The notes under the pieces: model-generated | Told to the model about the DNA's origin: nothing | The model's database searches: none | Seen by the model: the letters and a program-made list of their open reading frames with translations, nothing else | Part shown: positions 1-14,522 of the stretch, in pieces | How positions within the stretch are numbered: position 1 is the stretch's first letter | Layout of the letters: every line of letters begins with the position of its first letter | Program-made: the position numbers and the translations under genes | Source: Adineta steineri | Taxonomy: Eukaryota | Length of the DNA stretch: 64,000 bases | Direction: 5' to 3' | NCBI GenBank assembly: GCA_905250115.1 | Contig: CAJNOI010000010.1 | Coordinates: 327,403 to 391,402 of the forward strand

Positions 1-3000
1 ATAATTCTAACACCATCATCAATTGTTAATATAGATAAAAATGAAAAGAACATAGCAAATGATGATAATATATGCCATATATCATGTGAATCATATGTAT
101 TAAGTAATATACATCGTTGATTATATGTTCTAGATATAGCTGGTTTCACTTCATAACTTTTAACTTCATGATAAAAGAAATACATTGACGATATCCACAA
201 CATCAATGATAACAAGAGAAATGCAATAGAAAAAGATGTAAAATGTTCACGGTGAATTGCTTTCATAATGATATAATATACTAAATATAAAGCTAAATTA
301 CCAAGAAAAACAAACAATAAATGATTGGGAAATGATTCCGGTTTATAAACAGCACCATATATAGCAAATCCCATATTAAGTAAATTAGCTAGAATCAATA
401 TTCCAATACGATTTGGATAGAGTGGCCAAGAAAAAAAGCCATTATCTTTCATAAGTCGATACAAATGCACCTAAAAAAAATAACTAACCAAATTGAAAAA
501 AAGTAAAACATATTTTTAAACTTACATGTACACGAACTGTGAACTTTAATTTACCAATATAATAAATTTTTCCAGTAAATGTTATACTAGTTATAATATG
601 TATAATAGCATAAGTTATCCAAAACCATTGTTTATCAAAATACTAAACAAATACAAAAATATTTTCTATAGAATAAAAAAAGACATAAAGATAAAATTAC
701 CACTCCAATGACATTGATAAAAATAATAATAGCTAAAAACGAAAATGCACCAGTTGAACCTGGATTTATATCTGGATGGCGTTTTTGATAGATTTTAATG
801 AGATTCAAAACAGCTATGATAAACATAAAGCTTGTATCAAATTGAAAATTTTGTCTCGATGGACATACATGATAACTAAATGATGATAATTATTATATAA
901 AATATTAGTTTAATTAATATATATTTACCATGCACTCATAACACCTTCCATGAATAAAGCAATAGCCATAGCATAAAAAAGGCCAAAATGTTGTGGAATA
1001 CCATATTTCTTTCCTACTGCTGGATACTGTGAAAGAAATTGAGTATAAGCTTTATCTCTATATAAAACATGGCAAAATTCTTATAAAGATATATTTATTT
1101 ATTTTACCTTCTAAAAACAATAAGAAAGAAAAGAATACCCAGTGCACAATAACCAATATTAGAGAAAATATTATTAAATGCCGTTAACTTGAATAATTGT
1201 CGTGTGCATAAAAAATTAAAATAACAGATATCTTCATTTCCAATTGAATCAATATTTAATTGATATTGTAAAACGAGTTGTATAACAGGTAACGAATAAA
1301 ATATAGCAATCGTTACCATTGTATGAGGATAAATACGAAATTTTTGTTTTAAATCAATATATTCTCTAACACACAATTATTGAACAGTGACATATCCAAC
1401 CTAAAGAATAAAATAAATAGAATCTTGAATTTTCCTTCTCTAATTAAATATTTTATCTAAACTTACACCTTCGGGTTGGATAACTTCCATAGCAGATGTT
1501 TGACGAGCATATGCATTTGTACTCGATTCGTCTTCATTCGTTTGACTACGTTGCATACTAGCTCGACGTTCTATTTCAATACCAAAAGTTAAATATCTTA
1601 TCTCATACTGAATGATACAAACCAGCAAGTTCTGCTCCTGAGGTTACTTCTAACGATGCTATAGCCAAAGAATTTCAATAAATAGAAAATGAAATAATAA
1701 TAATACATACCCAAATGAGCAGTATCTAAACCATCACTACAAATAATAAATAATTTTTCAATTATATTCATAAGTAAAGAAAAAACTTACTAAGTATCCT
1801 TATATTTACACATAAGACTAAAAGCGATAAGATAAATTAGAAAAAACAATCCACCGGTAACAAATATAGCCACAAGAAGATAATTATCTATTGTAAGAAG
1901 TAAATGATTTTCAAATAAAATTTTAGACAATTTATATTTATACAATATGTTGTTGTTTGAAGTTTAACTACTGCATTTTTCTTTCTTGGTACATCAACAA
2001 CACCAGCTGAACATAAATTTAAACTTAAGAAAAAAATAATCGAAAATAAAATTACAAACCAGGTTGAATCATTGTTGATTCTTTATCATTTAAACAATCA
2101 AAATCTGTTGGTTTAACAATAAAAACCAAAAGAAATTCATTTCTTTTTGGAAATTCTTTTGACTAAAACATAAAAATTCAGCATAATTCTATTCTAAAAC
2201 TATCATCTACTCTCTTACATGAACATTAAACGAAGCACTTTTTGACATTGTCTGATAATGTCCTTGTCTAATACCAATTTCATTCACATCATATACTGGA
2301 CAATCGAATGATTGAACAGATACACTAGTGCATAATTGATCTTGTGATTCAACTTCAATAAAAACACTTTCAACAGTAGGTGGAAATTTATATTTATAAT
2401 AAACAGGCATAGATGGTGATACATCAAATTGATGTGAAACCCCTACTCTAAAAATAAACGTTTAAAAACTCATTAAACTTAGTATTTCTTTCTTACTGAA
2501 GTGAATATTCAGTGACATTATCGAGTTGAATTGAATATTCAATTAAATCCGTATTCGATGTTGATATTTCAATAAAAACAGTAGTAAGATGGTTTTCTGT
2601 ACGATTAGCTTCATTATGTAAACATAATATACGTGAAACATTTGAATAAATCATTCTATAAAGAATTCAAGATTTACGAATTTTCGATTAAAACAATGTG
2701 TTTCTACCCATTTGGAAAAGTATAAGGAAGTGTCCATGAAACAATTCCACGAATTTGTCGGACTACAACTAAAATCGGCGCATCCTGTTCTATACTATAT
2801 TTCATATTTGTTGTTACACGTACAGTCTATTAACAAATAATACTAAAAGAAATATGCTTGTCTACCTTCCCTATCTTTTACCGTGTTTGGCGTAAATGTA
2901 TATTGAACTGCATAATAATATACGGAGCTTGAATTAACAGAACCTGTGCATAATTCTCCAATCGTACAGTTTTTCATAATAACATTTGGATTCAATGTTG

Positions 3001-3149
3001 AATCCACAGCATTCGAAAATAAATTATGACATTTGACAACAGTCTAATAATTATAAAAATCAACTATTTGATATTAAAAGTAAATTAAAATGTCTTACAA
3101 ATAAGTTAGAAATGATAAATAATTGTATACAAAACGACAGCCGTTGCAT
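1..3149 (-). CDS. SIDT: SID-1 transmembrane family (SIDT) homolog, multi-exon; 3' end runs off the window start
   Basis: Exon ORFs at 635-826, 1104-1376, 1440-1628 and 2207-2410 on the minus strand. Conserved SIDT motifs are present: [10 protein letters not shown]...[11 protein letters not shown]...[11 protein letters not shown], and the C-terminal [25 protein letters not shown] of the CREST/SID1 family. The start ATG at 3147-3149 encodes [15 protein letters not shown] (signal peptide) and is followed by a gtaag donor. Confidence 0.7.
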
Positions 3150-3529
3150 TATTGTCTAGGAAATAACTACAATGTAAAGAAAAAATATTCGTTGTTTTTA
3201 TATTTACATAAAAAAAGAAGATTGCATAGAATACTCTTCACTTGTTTCTGATAAATAAGTTGCATCTTCTCTCTTATCTGTATTTAAATATAGAAGAATT
3301 TAAATGAACAGTCAATAAGCGACATCTGGATTGTTCTGTTATTTCGAAATATATTTAGAAATGAAATTAGAATTATTTTAATATATTTAATAATCTTTAT
3401 TTAGAAATTAAAAAAAATTTCAGTTCAATTCTATTCCAATTGTATCGATGGAAACGATTTGCACAATGATAGAAGAATATGGCGGTTGGTGTACTACTTT
3501 TTGTTTTTGGGATTAGTTAGTTATTAATC

Positions 3530-6500
3530 ATGCAGACTAATTATTATTCAACAAGTGGAACAACACCTCAAAGAGCTCCACCAGGTTATGATATGAATCA
3601 TCTTTATTTAAGTCCATCTCATCAACAAGCAAATCGACCAGGAATATTTCTTAAACGAAATGAAAAAATTGATTGGCGTCGAATGGGTATGAAAATTAAC
3701 AAAACAAGAAGAGAATATAGATATTCATTCTTTAAATTATAGCCGCTGTTGATGTTGATCGTATTGCACGTGATATGGATTTTCAAGCATTACAGGATAA
3801 TCTCGAACAAATAACATTATGTAATATTGATACTGAAATTGTAAGTTTTTATTTACAATTAACGAAAATATTTTAAATTAAATAAATAAGGATTCACGAG
3901 CTATGGATCCAAATTTTATTAAATTATATAAAATGGCTCAATTAACAATTGAATATCTTCTGGTTTGTTTTTTTGAAATAATTGAATTTTTTTATTCAAT
4001 TGATTTTTGTACAGCTTTGTCAAGATCAAATAACAACTCAATTAGCAGATTATGACCAAATCAAAAGCAAAGGTTTTTATGTATGTATGATTTATTTTCT
4101 TAATATGAAAATTCATTTGAAAATCAAATAGGAACATGAAGGTGCTCATCGAGAAATTGAAAAATTAAAAAATGATTTAGCTGAAACAAAAAAAGAATCA
4201 AAAAAACGACGAAAAATGCTTGAAACACAACAAAGAATGTTAATGGCACAAAATTCGAATTATCATACTGTAAAAAAAAAACATAATTTTGAGTTTTACT
4301 AAAAAAAATTATTTTTATTTAGTGTCCCGTATGTACACATGCGTTTTTAAGTGTCAATTATTTACAAGCACATATAAAACGTCGACATCCGGATTATGAT
4401 TCAAGTCGAAGACGTGAACATGATGTTGATATTGAAAAAGATATTCAACATTTAAAAGATCAATTAAATAAAAAAGAAAATGAATTACAACTTATTAAAG
4501 TTCAAAAAGCAGTTGATGAAGAAAAAATTCGAGAACGTGATACAACGATTCGTCAACTTAAAGTAATTTTCAAATTTATTATTAATCTTCTTTATTCATA
4601 TTATATAGGAAGAAATTCATACATTAACAACAAAAATGACTATATTAGATGATAGATTCACACATATGAGATCAGTAAGAAAAACGAATTTTTTTTGTAT
4701 TTCGTATTATTTATTAAATTTTTTAGAATGGTCTTACACGATCACCTTCACCTCATCGAAATGATAATAGTGTATCGGAATTATTAAAAGAAAATAAAGG
4801 TTTACGTGATGATATTGAACAACTTGTAAATAAATAGAATTTATGATTATTTTTAAAGAATTTTTTTCTTTATATAGAAAAAATTACTTCAACAAACAGA
4901 AAATGATTTAAAGAAAGAACAAAAATTAAAACGACGTTATGAACTTGAAAACGAAAATGTAATTATTCTTCTATGTTAACTCTTCAAATGACTTTTTTTT
5001 TCTTTTAGCTAATAAAAGAAATTTCAAAACTCAAAGAAAATCTTCAATTACTTCAAAATACATCTGGTAATTCATCTCGTTTATCTGAAGAATTGATTTC
5101 ATATCAAAATGTAAGTTACACAAATATAATCATACAAAAAAGTCTCTATTTAAATATTTAGCGATATAATGAAGAAAAGTTGCTTAGAAAAAAACTTCAA
5201 AAAGAACTTCAAGATGCAAAAGGTTATTCTCAAGATCAACCAGTTATTGATCGTAAATCACCTGTACCATCAATACATTCAGTTGATTCACCAGTTCCAA
5301 TCAGACCAGTTCGACCTGTACAACAATCAACAGATATAATTCTACGTAATTATTGTCCAAATCTTGTTACACGATTAAAAGATAATCCAAAATATTTAAC
5401 ACGATTTCGTGAAGAAGCAAAAAGACAAATCAATGATGAACTTGAAGATGGAAATCTAGGCATATCTGAAGTACGTATATAATTTATAAAAAGAAAATAA
5501 ATAAAACAAAATTTGTATTATTTTTTAGACTGATACTCGCCTTACTGATCTAGATTTTCGAACTAAACAAGAAAGTGTTCTACGAACAAGACGAAATATT
5601 CAAGAAGTAAAATATTGATAATTCTATTGAGAAAAAAAATTAATAATTATTCATTTAGGATTTACCTGAATTTGAACGTATTCGTGCTGATATTAGTCGA
5701 ACATTAGACAGACTTGTTACTGAACGACTTGACCTACGACGTAGTACTACATCTATACGTTCAACAGGTGGTAGTAAATTAGTTACATTTGAAGATGAAC
5801 AAAAATGGGAAAAATATACAGCACAAAAGCCTTCATTGGATCAACGTCGTAATCCAACAGTAGTAGTTCCATCAAAAAGCAAATATGATGATAGTCGTCC
5901 AACAATAAATAATGATTCCGATGAAGATATGACTATTTCAAATATGCATGATAGTGATAATGATGAAAGTACACAACGAGAAAATCAACATAATATTCAA
6001 CCAATACCAAGAAAAAATCTTCCGACAACAAAAGGTGTCAATGCATTAGTTAAAACTAATATAAAACCATCGCAAACAAATGAAGGAAGTACGATATCTG
6101 CTGTTGTTACACAACCACTTATTAAACGACCATCATCAACAGTAGATAGATTTAATTCTGACAGGTAAACATATACTAGACAAATGAAAATTTATCTTAT
6201 TTGTTTTTTTTTGAAGTGAAAATGAAAGTCCAGTACCACCACAACATACATCAAATGCAATAGAAAAAAAACGAATTATTGAACAAAAATTACATATTTA
6301 TAATAAAAACGAACAAAAACCAGGTATAAATGCTATTGCACAAGTCATTCGACCATCTCATGAATCTCTTACTACTCAAGTAAATACAATTATTTAACAA
6401 AAAAAAGTATTTAGATATGTTTTTAAATATAGAATAATGATGATGATGTTGATGAAAGTGAATCATTGACAACATTACATACAAATCCTCCAGTAAAACC

Positions 6501-7155
6501 ATCAAATGGTCATTTACCCCAACTCTCGTATGTATTGTTTGATTGCTAATAATAATCTAATCTGCTGGCTTTCTTTTTTTTTCGAGTGTACACATGTAGC
6601 GTTTTTGTTTTTTCTTGTAAAACAACAAACAAATTATTTCTTTTTCTAGTCCATCTTCTGTAAGAACGCAATCACGTATGCAGATATAATAAAAAAAAGA
6701 TGCTACTTCTCGTTTTCTTTTGCACTATCTTTATTGAATGTATCACTCTAACTAAACTTATTGCACAATATTATTTACATATTTTTGGAAGAGAACAAGA
6801 TAAATTAGAAATGTTTTTTCAGAACAACAAAAAAAACATGACCTATCATTTCTAATTTATTTTCTTCTTCAAAAAAATTAAAAGAAATATATATACTAAT
6901 AAATTTTTTTTTTTGTATAGAGGCCGAGAATCAGTGAATAATAATCCTTTATCATCAGGCGATGTTTCTCAACATACTTATGACTCGTAAGTGATGATTT
7001 TTGTGTTTTAATTTTCTATTTTGCTTTAATTTTGTTAGTCTATGGAAATCACAACATAGTAAAGGTGTTGAACATCGACGACCATTAACAGCTGATTCAA
7101 CTAAAACTTCTATGATCGATTCTGATGATAATCTAGATGGAGAAGAATCTAATTA
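3530..7155 (+). CDS. DZIP1-like (Dzip/Iguana family) coiled-coil protein with a single C2H2 zinc finger, multi-exon
   Basis: The N-terminus ...RNEKIDWRRMG|AAVDVDRIARDMDFQALQDNLEQI resembles the Dzip-like N domain. A C2H2 finger CPVCTHAFLSVNYLQAHIKRRHPDY lies at ~4321-4400. Many K/E-rich coiled-coil exons are separated by short AT-rich introns with gtaag donors. The last exon ends ...LDGEESN with a TAA stop at ~7153. Confidence 0.5.
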
Positions 7156-7306
7156 ATCTTTTTTTTATTATTATTATATTTCTATACTTCCTTTTTATGT
7201 ATATTCGTGCTTACTATAAGTAGATTTGGTAGATTTTTATAGAAGAGTTTTTTTTGTTTTGTTTTAATAATAATTATGATATATTTGTTTTTTAGAAAAA
7301 AAGGAA

Positions 7307-10300
7307 ATGGCATTAGAAAATTATTTGAATAATATACCGACGAAATCTAAAGTAACGGCTATTGGAAGTAATCCATTGAGACGTGAATTAATACTTGGGT
7401 TTGAAGATGGATATGTATGTACTTATGATCATGAGACAGGTGACCGTATTCATGAGTGTTATAAACATAAAGGATGGGTTACAGCATTAAGTGCACTTCC
7501 TGCAGCTAAAGTATTTTTTTCAGCTGGCAATGATTCTACACTTATAACATATAATGGTTAATTGTTTTTTCTATTTAAATTTTATTTCTATTCATTTTTG
7601 TTTTTAAGCAATCGGTGGGTCTTCTGTTATTGATAAACTTAATATTGGCTCTGTAATTTATACAATTACTTATCATTCTCGTGCAAATCAAATTATTTTC
7701 GGTATATCACAAGGTAAAATAATCATATAATTATTATCGAATTAAGAAAAAAAACAAAAATCTTTCAAAGGAATTCAAATACATGAATATAATTTAAATC
7801 ATATAACTGGTCAAGTTATTAGTAGTACACCATTAAGTATAGTATGTGAGCATACTGATATAACAACAGGTGTTTTAATGCTTGATAAAATCTATTCAGT
7901 TGGTTTTGATGGAAAATTAATTCTTTATGATTGTTTATTTGATAATATACCAACAGTTTCAAAAAAAGTATCTGCGCATACTGCTGGAATAACATGTTTA
8001 ATAGCACAAAAGAATCCGAAAGATAATAGTGAATGGTTAATGACTGGTTCATTTGATAAAACAGCCAAAGTTTGGAGTCTTGATGGTAAACTTTTGTATA
8101 GATTTACGGATTTTACACAACCGGTAACCGGTTTAACGTATGTTAATTCAACAAAAACTGTTTGGATCGGTAACTTCTATCATTTATTTACATCGAAATA
8201 AATCATATATTTTTTTAGCTGCTGGCCTTCATTATGCTTATGTATATGATCCAAAAAGTGGTGAAAAAGTATCGAGTTTTATTGATACATTTCTGAATAT
8301 TGAAGGAAAAGAAGCACATTATTTTCTTATTCTACTTCGATATATACCAGAATTAAATATTGTTATAGCTTCAACTAATATAAAACAATTTAATGGGTGG
8401 TATTATAAAACGACGTAATTACCGAAGAATTTCTTTTTTTTCTTTGTTGAAATATTTGATTAGATTGGTTTGTATCTTAGTGGTTGTGTATCATGTTTGA
8501 AAGTAAAATCACCATTAGAAAATGTGTGTTATACTAAAAAATCACCGATATTGGTAAGAATATATAAATAAATATATTTTTCTTATTACGATTACTTAAT
8601 TAGATGTTTACAGGAGATAATGAAGGTGAGCTTAGTTCACTAAACATAAGTTTTGTGTGTTCATGACTAGTATTTTTTGTGAAAGTATTTAACAAATGAC
8701 ATAATATAGAAATGATTATATTGATTTATTTTATTGATTTGATTTTGTTTTTCTATTAACATAGGTAATGTTTTTAAATGGGAACAAATGCAATCGAATC
8801 AAATTATGTATTCACAAGATCATTTACTTAAATTAGAAGGTAAAAAAGATATAAGTGCATATTTAATACAAGCTGTATCTTTGGGTGTTGCAAAAACTAC
8901 ACTAATTAAAAATGATACAGAAAATGTAAATGATAAAGAATTAATGATAAATCCAAAACCAGTCGCATCGACTAAACGTATCAAAACAGTCGATGAACGT
9001 TTACCAGCCTATTATGTACGTTCACGTTCTGCAGCAAAAATTAGTGAACGTGAACGTGGTGTCGGTGGTTATATATCACAATATGAACATTTAGAGAAAA
9101 AGAATGAACCGAAATCATCAAATCATATAGCAAGAACAGCATCGGGAAAATCAATACTTCGAATAATATTTATTGAAAAACTTGATTTAATTATAGCTGC
9201 TAGTGAAGATAAAGATATTTATGTATGGGGATTTGATTTAGAAGCATTACAAGCATTGAATACATTAAAAATTGAATCAGAAAATAAAAAAGAAGGTATT
9301 ATTAAGATCTTTTTTTATTATTTAAACTTCTTAAATTTCAGATAGTGGAACTGCAAATCGTGCTGTTAGTTTTACATTACGTAACGTATTTCGAAATCAT
9401 ACAGAACCTGTTACTTCATTAACACTTGTTGATGATGTTGATTCTTTTGGTGCTGTATTTTTACTGAGTGCTGGATGGGATCGACGTATATGTGTTTGGG
9501 ATTTAAATCATTTTGATCTTTTTACAGTTTATAGTGATCCAAATGCAACAAATGTTGAGACTGCTGAAACAGCATCAATGGGATATATTCATAATATGGA
9601 TTATAGTCCACATTTAAAATATTTTGCTTATGCTGCTGGTAGTGATATGTGTGTTTATGTTCGAAAATTTTCACCAATAGGATCAGAAATGACACTTATG
9701 TATGAACTCCGTGCTGGAATTGATTCGGAAGTTACTTGTGTTAAATGGAATTTTATAACAAATGAATGGGTTACTGGAATGGATAATGGAGAATTTCGAA
9801 TATGGGTATTTAATAGATAATATTATTTTAAAACTTCATTTTTATGTCTTTTCAGGGAATGGATGGAACATTACTTCAAGCAATTAATACTCGAGGAAGT
9901 ATACATGCAATTGCTATTGATTATGTACAAAAAGCACTTTTAATTGCTAATCAAGATACATTAAAAATTTTTGATATGGATGAATATACATGTGTACAAA
10001 CAAATGATGGACATACAGATGTCATTCGGTATAGAATTATAAAAACTACGAATTTCTTTGAATTTGATTGTTTTTTATTTTTATTTTAAAGAGATGTTTT
10101 ATTTATCCCAGAACGTAATCAATATATAACTGTATCACTTGATTGTACAATGCGTATATGGAATGCTTGGTCACGTGATTCATTTCAAGAAACAGATATT
10201 GATCCTAAAAAGAAATTTTCTGATAATATTTGGGAAGATATTCGTAAATGTGTTAAAAATACAATTGAAGTTGAAGATCCAAATAGTATTATTGATAAAT

Positions 10301-11933
10301 TTTTTCAAAAACGATATGAACAAAATCCTTCATCATTTCATGAGGATCATCAACAACCAGTACGACAAGTGTCTTTTATTAATCCATGAACAATTATTTC
10401 TTTTCTTTTTTATTTTACAAAAATCTCAGGCTAACGAATTTTCTTTTCTCTTTTCCAAATCACTTATATTTGTGTCGTGCGGTGCACTTTAAACAGAAAA
10501 TCATTTTTTTTTATAGATTAAGAATATGTCTAATGCTCATTATGAAGCAGTTCGTTTTTCAGCTGACCGTCCATATACAACAGGTGGCTCGAGAAGACCT
10601 CTATTACCTATTCGAATGAGACGAACACCTGTACCGCTTGATACAAAAGTTTCACATCGATTTTATCATCCAGAAGAAAAACTTGTTCAGCAAGTGACTC
10701 ATGAACATATTCTTGGTAAGCAAGTAATATTTTATGTATATATAGACTAATTTAATTAACTATTAGCAAATATTAAACAAGTTTTAAGGTAAGATTGTTG
10801 TCTAAGTATCTCTTGTGATTGAATATGATTTCTATCCTTTATTCAATACTAAACTGAATTAACTATATCTATTATTCTATTAGACCTTGGTGGTCGTATA
10901 TTAATACAAGTGGATATTAATAATGAACGTCGAATACAACAAACTTATCAACAATTAGTTGCAGCTGAACGATTAAGATTAGAAAATGAATATCGATTAA
11001 AAACGGAAGAATTAATGCGACGATGGCAAGAACAATTAGATGAAGAAAAACTTCGATTAAAAAAGGAATATGATGAGATTTTAGCTGAACTTGAACGTAT
11101 ACGTGAAGCAAAAACTCGTGCTGAGATAGAAGCATTAATAAAACGAATGAGAGAAGAAGCTGAACAAGCATTAGCAAGACAATGGAAATTAGCTCAGGAA
11201 CAACTTGCTCTAGTATGAATTAAAATAAAATTAATTTTTTAGACAATTATTTTTTTTTTCACTAGGCAGTTAAACAAGCAGAAGATCGATTACGTTCACT
11301 ACTTGAACTTGAATTTCTTGAAGAAAAAGAACGATTTGCACGAGAATTAATTGCAAAAAAAGATGTAGGAATATTTATAAAAATTTCAAAATAGTGTAAT
11401 GTTTCTCATAGGCTGAATATGCTGAACGAGAATTAAAAGCTTTAGAAAAACTGAGAAATGAATTGACAAAAGAACATGATCAAAATGTAGAAACTATTAG
11501 ACAACGACATGCAGAAGAAGTTACAGAATTAAAAAACAAGTTCGAATATTCATATTTGATATTTCAACTAAATTTCAAAATATTATTTTAGATTAAGATT
11601 AGCTGAAGAACGATATCGTCGAGAATTCTCAACACGTGCTCGACTTGAAAGTGATTTTCGTGTATGTATTTTAACATACTATAAATGATTATATATTCAT
11701 CGGTTTTTTATTTTGTTATTTAGTTACTTCAAACTGATTATAAACGTTTTATGGATAATAGTGATGTTTTTCATTCCGATTATATGCTTAAACTCTACCA
11801 TATTGGTGAACAAGTTGGTGATGCAAAATTTGAAAAAGTACTTGATCGAATATTAACTGAATCGAATATTCAACTTATTCCAGCTAAAGCAATTAAAGCT
11901 CAAATTCGTAAACCGAAACAATCATTAAAATAA
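7307..11933 (+). CDS. WD40-repeat protein with a C-terminal coiled-coil region, multi-exon
   Basis: WD40 signatures appear in exon ORFs 7307-7561, 7878-8201, 9578-9820 and 9844-10020 (TGSFDKTAKVWSLDG, DRRICVWDL). The exon ending at ~10717 (ggtaag) splices at the tattag acceptor at ~10886 into the coiled-coil exons 10910-11218, 11270-11350, 11410-11545, 11590-11660 and 11751-11933 (stop). Confidence 0.6.
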
Positions 11934-12143
11934 TATGATACATTTTGAGTGATATTTGAACAGTCTTGAAGTTGTAACTATTCTATTATTTATAGATATC
12001 TTTTCCATATTCTCAAAACACAAACTTGTCTTTCTCTGATTTATTTTATTAATAAATCGATACATTTTTGTAGCCTACAATTTGTTTACGAAAATAATTC
12101 TTTAACTTTTTTTATTTCCTTTTCTGAAAGAAAGGATTATATG

Positions 12144-12211
12144 GAGGGTGGGTGTGAGTGTGGATCTGGGTGCTACTTCTCTAACGATACTCACACCCAC
12201 CCACACCCTAT
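12144..12211. repeat. Telomere-repeat foldback hairpin #1 (G-rich arm ggagggtgggtgtgagtgtgga, 23-bp loop, C-rich arm actcacacccacccacaccctatc)
   Basis: A near-perfect inverted repeat of a degenerate TGTGGG-type repeat, read directly from the sequence. Confidence 0.8.
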
Positions 12212-13007
12212 CTTGTAAAATATTTTGTTATGTCTCTATTTGTAATAATAATATACTATATAATTATATTGGAATATCTAAAAAAGAAAAATGTAAATTT
12301 AAATGAGTCATTGTAAAGAATAGATCATATGAATCATCAATAAACAAATGAAGACTATATTCGAATTAAATCAACATTATATTTGAAAAAAAGCAATGTT
12401 TAAAACTAAAATAATTTCTTTGTTCTATATTATGACATCATCAATAATACTGTAGTAACAATTTTCATATCAGAGATTATTATTAATCTAATTGGTAAAA
12501 ATATTCATAAACATAGATATGCAATTCTCTTGATGGTGAACAAGTAACAAAAACTGTTTAGATATCTGAGATAATTCTTATCGATTTAATTGATAAATTA
12601 AAATGGTAATGTTCATTTTGTTTCATTATAATTCTAAAGATGAAAAGTTTTGTCACTTTTTAGATCATTATATTTATATGAATCAATTCAAAGAAAAGCA
12701 AAGAAATACTTGATTGATATTCAACTATTCATAGATTTGAAACTGATTTCATACCAGATAAAAAAATTTTCATCGACAGATTTCTTTTATTCAAATAGTT
12801 TTTGTTTACAAATCAACAAAACTTTCCTTCATTATATCATTAGGTGTTAGTAAAGTAATTAACATCTACTTTCAAATTCCACAACAATATTTTGTCAGTA
12901 TTGACAAGGCCTTGTCGTGAAGATATTTCTCTGTGTGACCCGCATATGAAAACACATAGACAATTAATCACAATAATTGATAAGCTTTCTTTTGATAATT
13001 TTATAAG

Positions 13008-13364
13008 AAAAAAGTGTTGCTCTGGCAGACTAGTGTCACCACCAATCCGCACAATTTCGTCATCGCAACATGTATTTGATCGGGTGGGATCATTTACCTC
13101 TTGGTAAGTTTGTAATAAGCAACTTTTCTCGATCGTCTACAGAGCACGACCTCTACTTTGTCTTTACACGTTTCATTCTTTCTTTTCTGTCTCTTACCAT
13201 GATATATATAAAGACAAAGTAGATATCGAGCTTTGAAAGGTGTTGAAAAAAGTTGCTTATTACAACTTACCAAGAGGTAAAGATCTTTCTCGATCAAATA
13301 CATGTTGCGATGACGAAATCGTGCGGACTGGTGGTAACACTAATCTGCCAGAGCAACATTTTTC
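13008..13364. mobile_element. Foldback/MITE-like palindromic element (~360 bp). Its central ~180-bp unit at 13098-13277 has ~25-bp TIRs (cttggtaagtttgtaataagcaact)
   Basis: The left half 13008-13097 is the reverse complement of the right half 13278-13364 (ttgctctggcagactagtgtcacc...cgatcaaatacatgttgcgatgacgaaat). The inner unit recurs at 38676-38840. Confidence 0.7.
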
Positions 13365-13620
13365 TATAAATTAAAAATAAAGAAAAAAAATGTCTATATA
13401 ACTTTTCGTATTCAATTTGATCGATCTAAAATATTTTACTTTAATTGATCACATGATATTGACAAAAATCGTAAAGAAATCTTTATCATCTATGACTCAT
13501 ACTGAATGATGTGGAAATTCTCGAAAAAGAATAGCTGATTCTCTTTCTCTTTCTTGTATCAAAAAACGAAATGTGTGTAGACACAGGAAAGAAAAGAAAC
13601 TTGAATTTGAATGTTTAGTT

Positions 13621-13846
13621 ATCGCTTCTCGGCCTTTTCGGCTAAGATCAAAGTGTAGTATCTGTTCTCGTCGGTTTGAAAGCCGGCGCTGGTCTCATTG
13701 AGGCCAGGCTCTTTCAAGCGGATTTTTGGACATCGGCCAGGATCACCCGAGTTCACTCGGACCTGTGCCACGGATCATCTCGACACTGCAGTGCCGTTGA
13801 GTTTGGTCCACTCCCGTTTCCTTCGGGATACGGGAATCTTAATAAA
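13621..13846 (+). ncRNA. U2: U2 spliceosomal snRNA
   Basis: Begins ATCGCTTCTCGGCCTTTTCGGCTAAGATCAAAGTGTAGTATCTGTTCT, near-identical to the metazoan U2 5' end including the branch-point-pairing GUAGUA. An Sm site GGATTTTTGGAC follows, and the 3' stem-loops show compensatory changes. Confidence 0.85.
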
Positions 13847-14123
13847 AATTTAAAAATGAAAATATAAAATATCTTCTACAAACCAACCAAAGAAATGGTT
13901 TCTGATCTTGTCTTTTATGTTAGTCATTTCACTTCTGTCTCGTTATATCTAATTATTACTCAAATTTTAATCAGTTCATATACAGAAGCAATTCTACCAC
14001 AATTTATTGTTTCTTTTTTGTTTTCATCGTTGTACTCTAAGAAACTGGAAGATGAGTAAAAGAGAATATGATTTATGAAAGATCAACATTCAGTCACTGT
14101 TTTACTTTATATCATAAATATTT

Positions 14124-14179
14124 CTTGAGGGTGTGGGTATGTATTTAAGCTATTTCGTATCTACACCCACACCATCAAG
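14124..14179. repeat. Telomere-repeat foldback hairpin #2 (cttgagggtgtgggtatg...ctacacccacaccatcaag)
   Basis: An inverted repeat with CTTGAGGG and CATCAAG termini. Confidence 0.8.
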
Positions 14180-14522
14180 ATGTGTCTTAAACACATCAGA
14201 TCTTTATCAGCTCCACTGATAAAAATCTTTATATTTTAATATAACAAATAGTGTTTAACTGAATCGATCGCAACGAAAACTTCGTTTTCATTATTAGTTG
14301 CTAAATGAAAGAATATGAACAAGATTTAGAAATATATTCGAAAATATAAGTCAACAATATGACAATCAACGAACTGTTTTTTTCTTATGAACTGTTCGAA
14401 GGCGTACACGAAACAATGATTACGAGTTTAATCACTGATTGTACAGCTTAACCATATTGATAATATCATATGTATATGTTATGCGGGTCTGATATATAAT
14501 TTTTGAAAATAAGACATAAATT

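Noticed and set aside
10139-10619. ORFs 10139-10492 and 10386-10619 in the WD40 gene region
   Set aside because: They are alternate frames or intron read-through overlapping the in-frame WD exon (10150-10389). They are low complexity and F/L-rich.
12892-13303. ORFs 12892-13107 (+) and 13094-13303 (-)
   Set aside because: They are mirror-image chance ORFs created by the palindromic foldback element, with identical peptides read on both arms.
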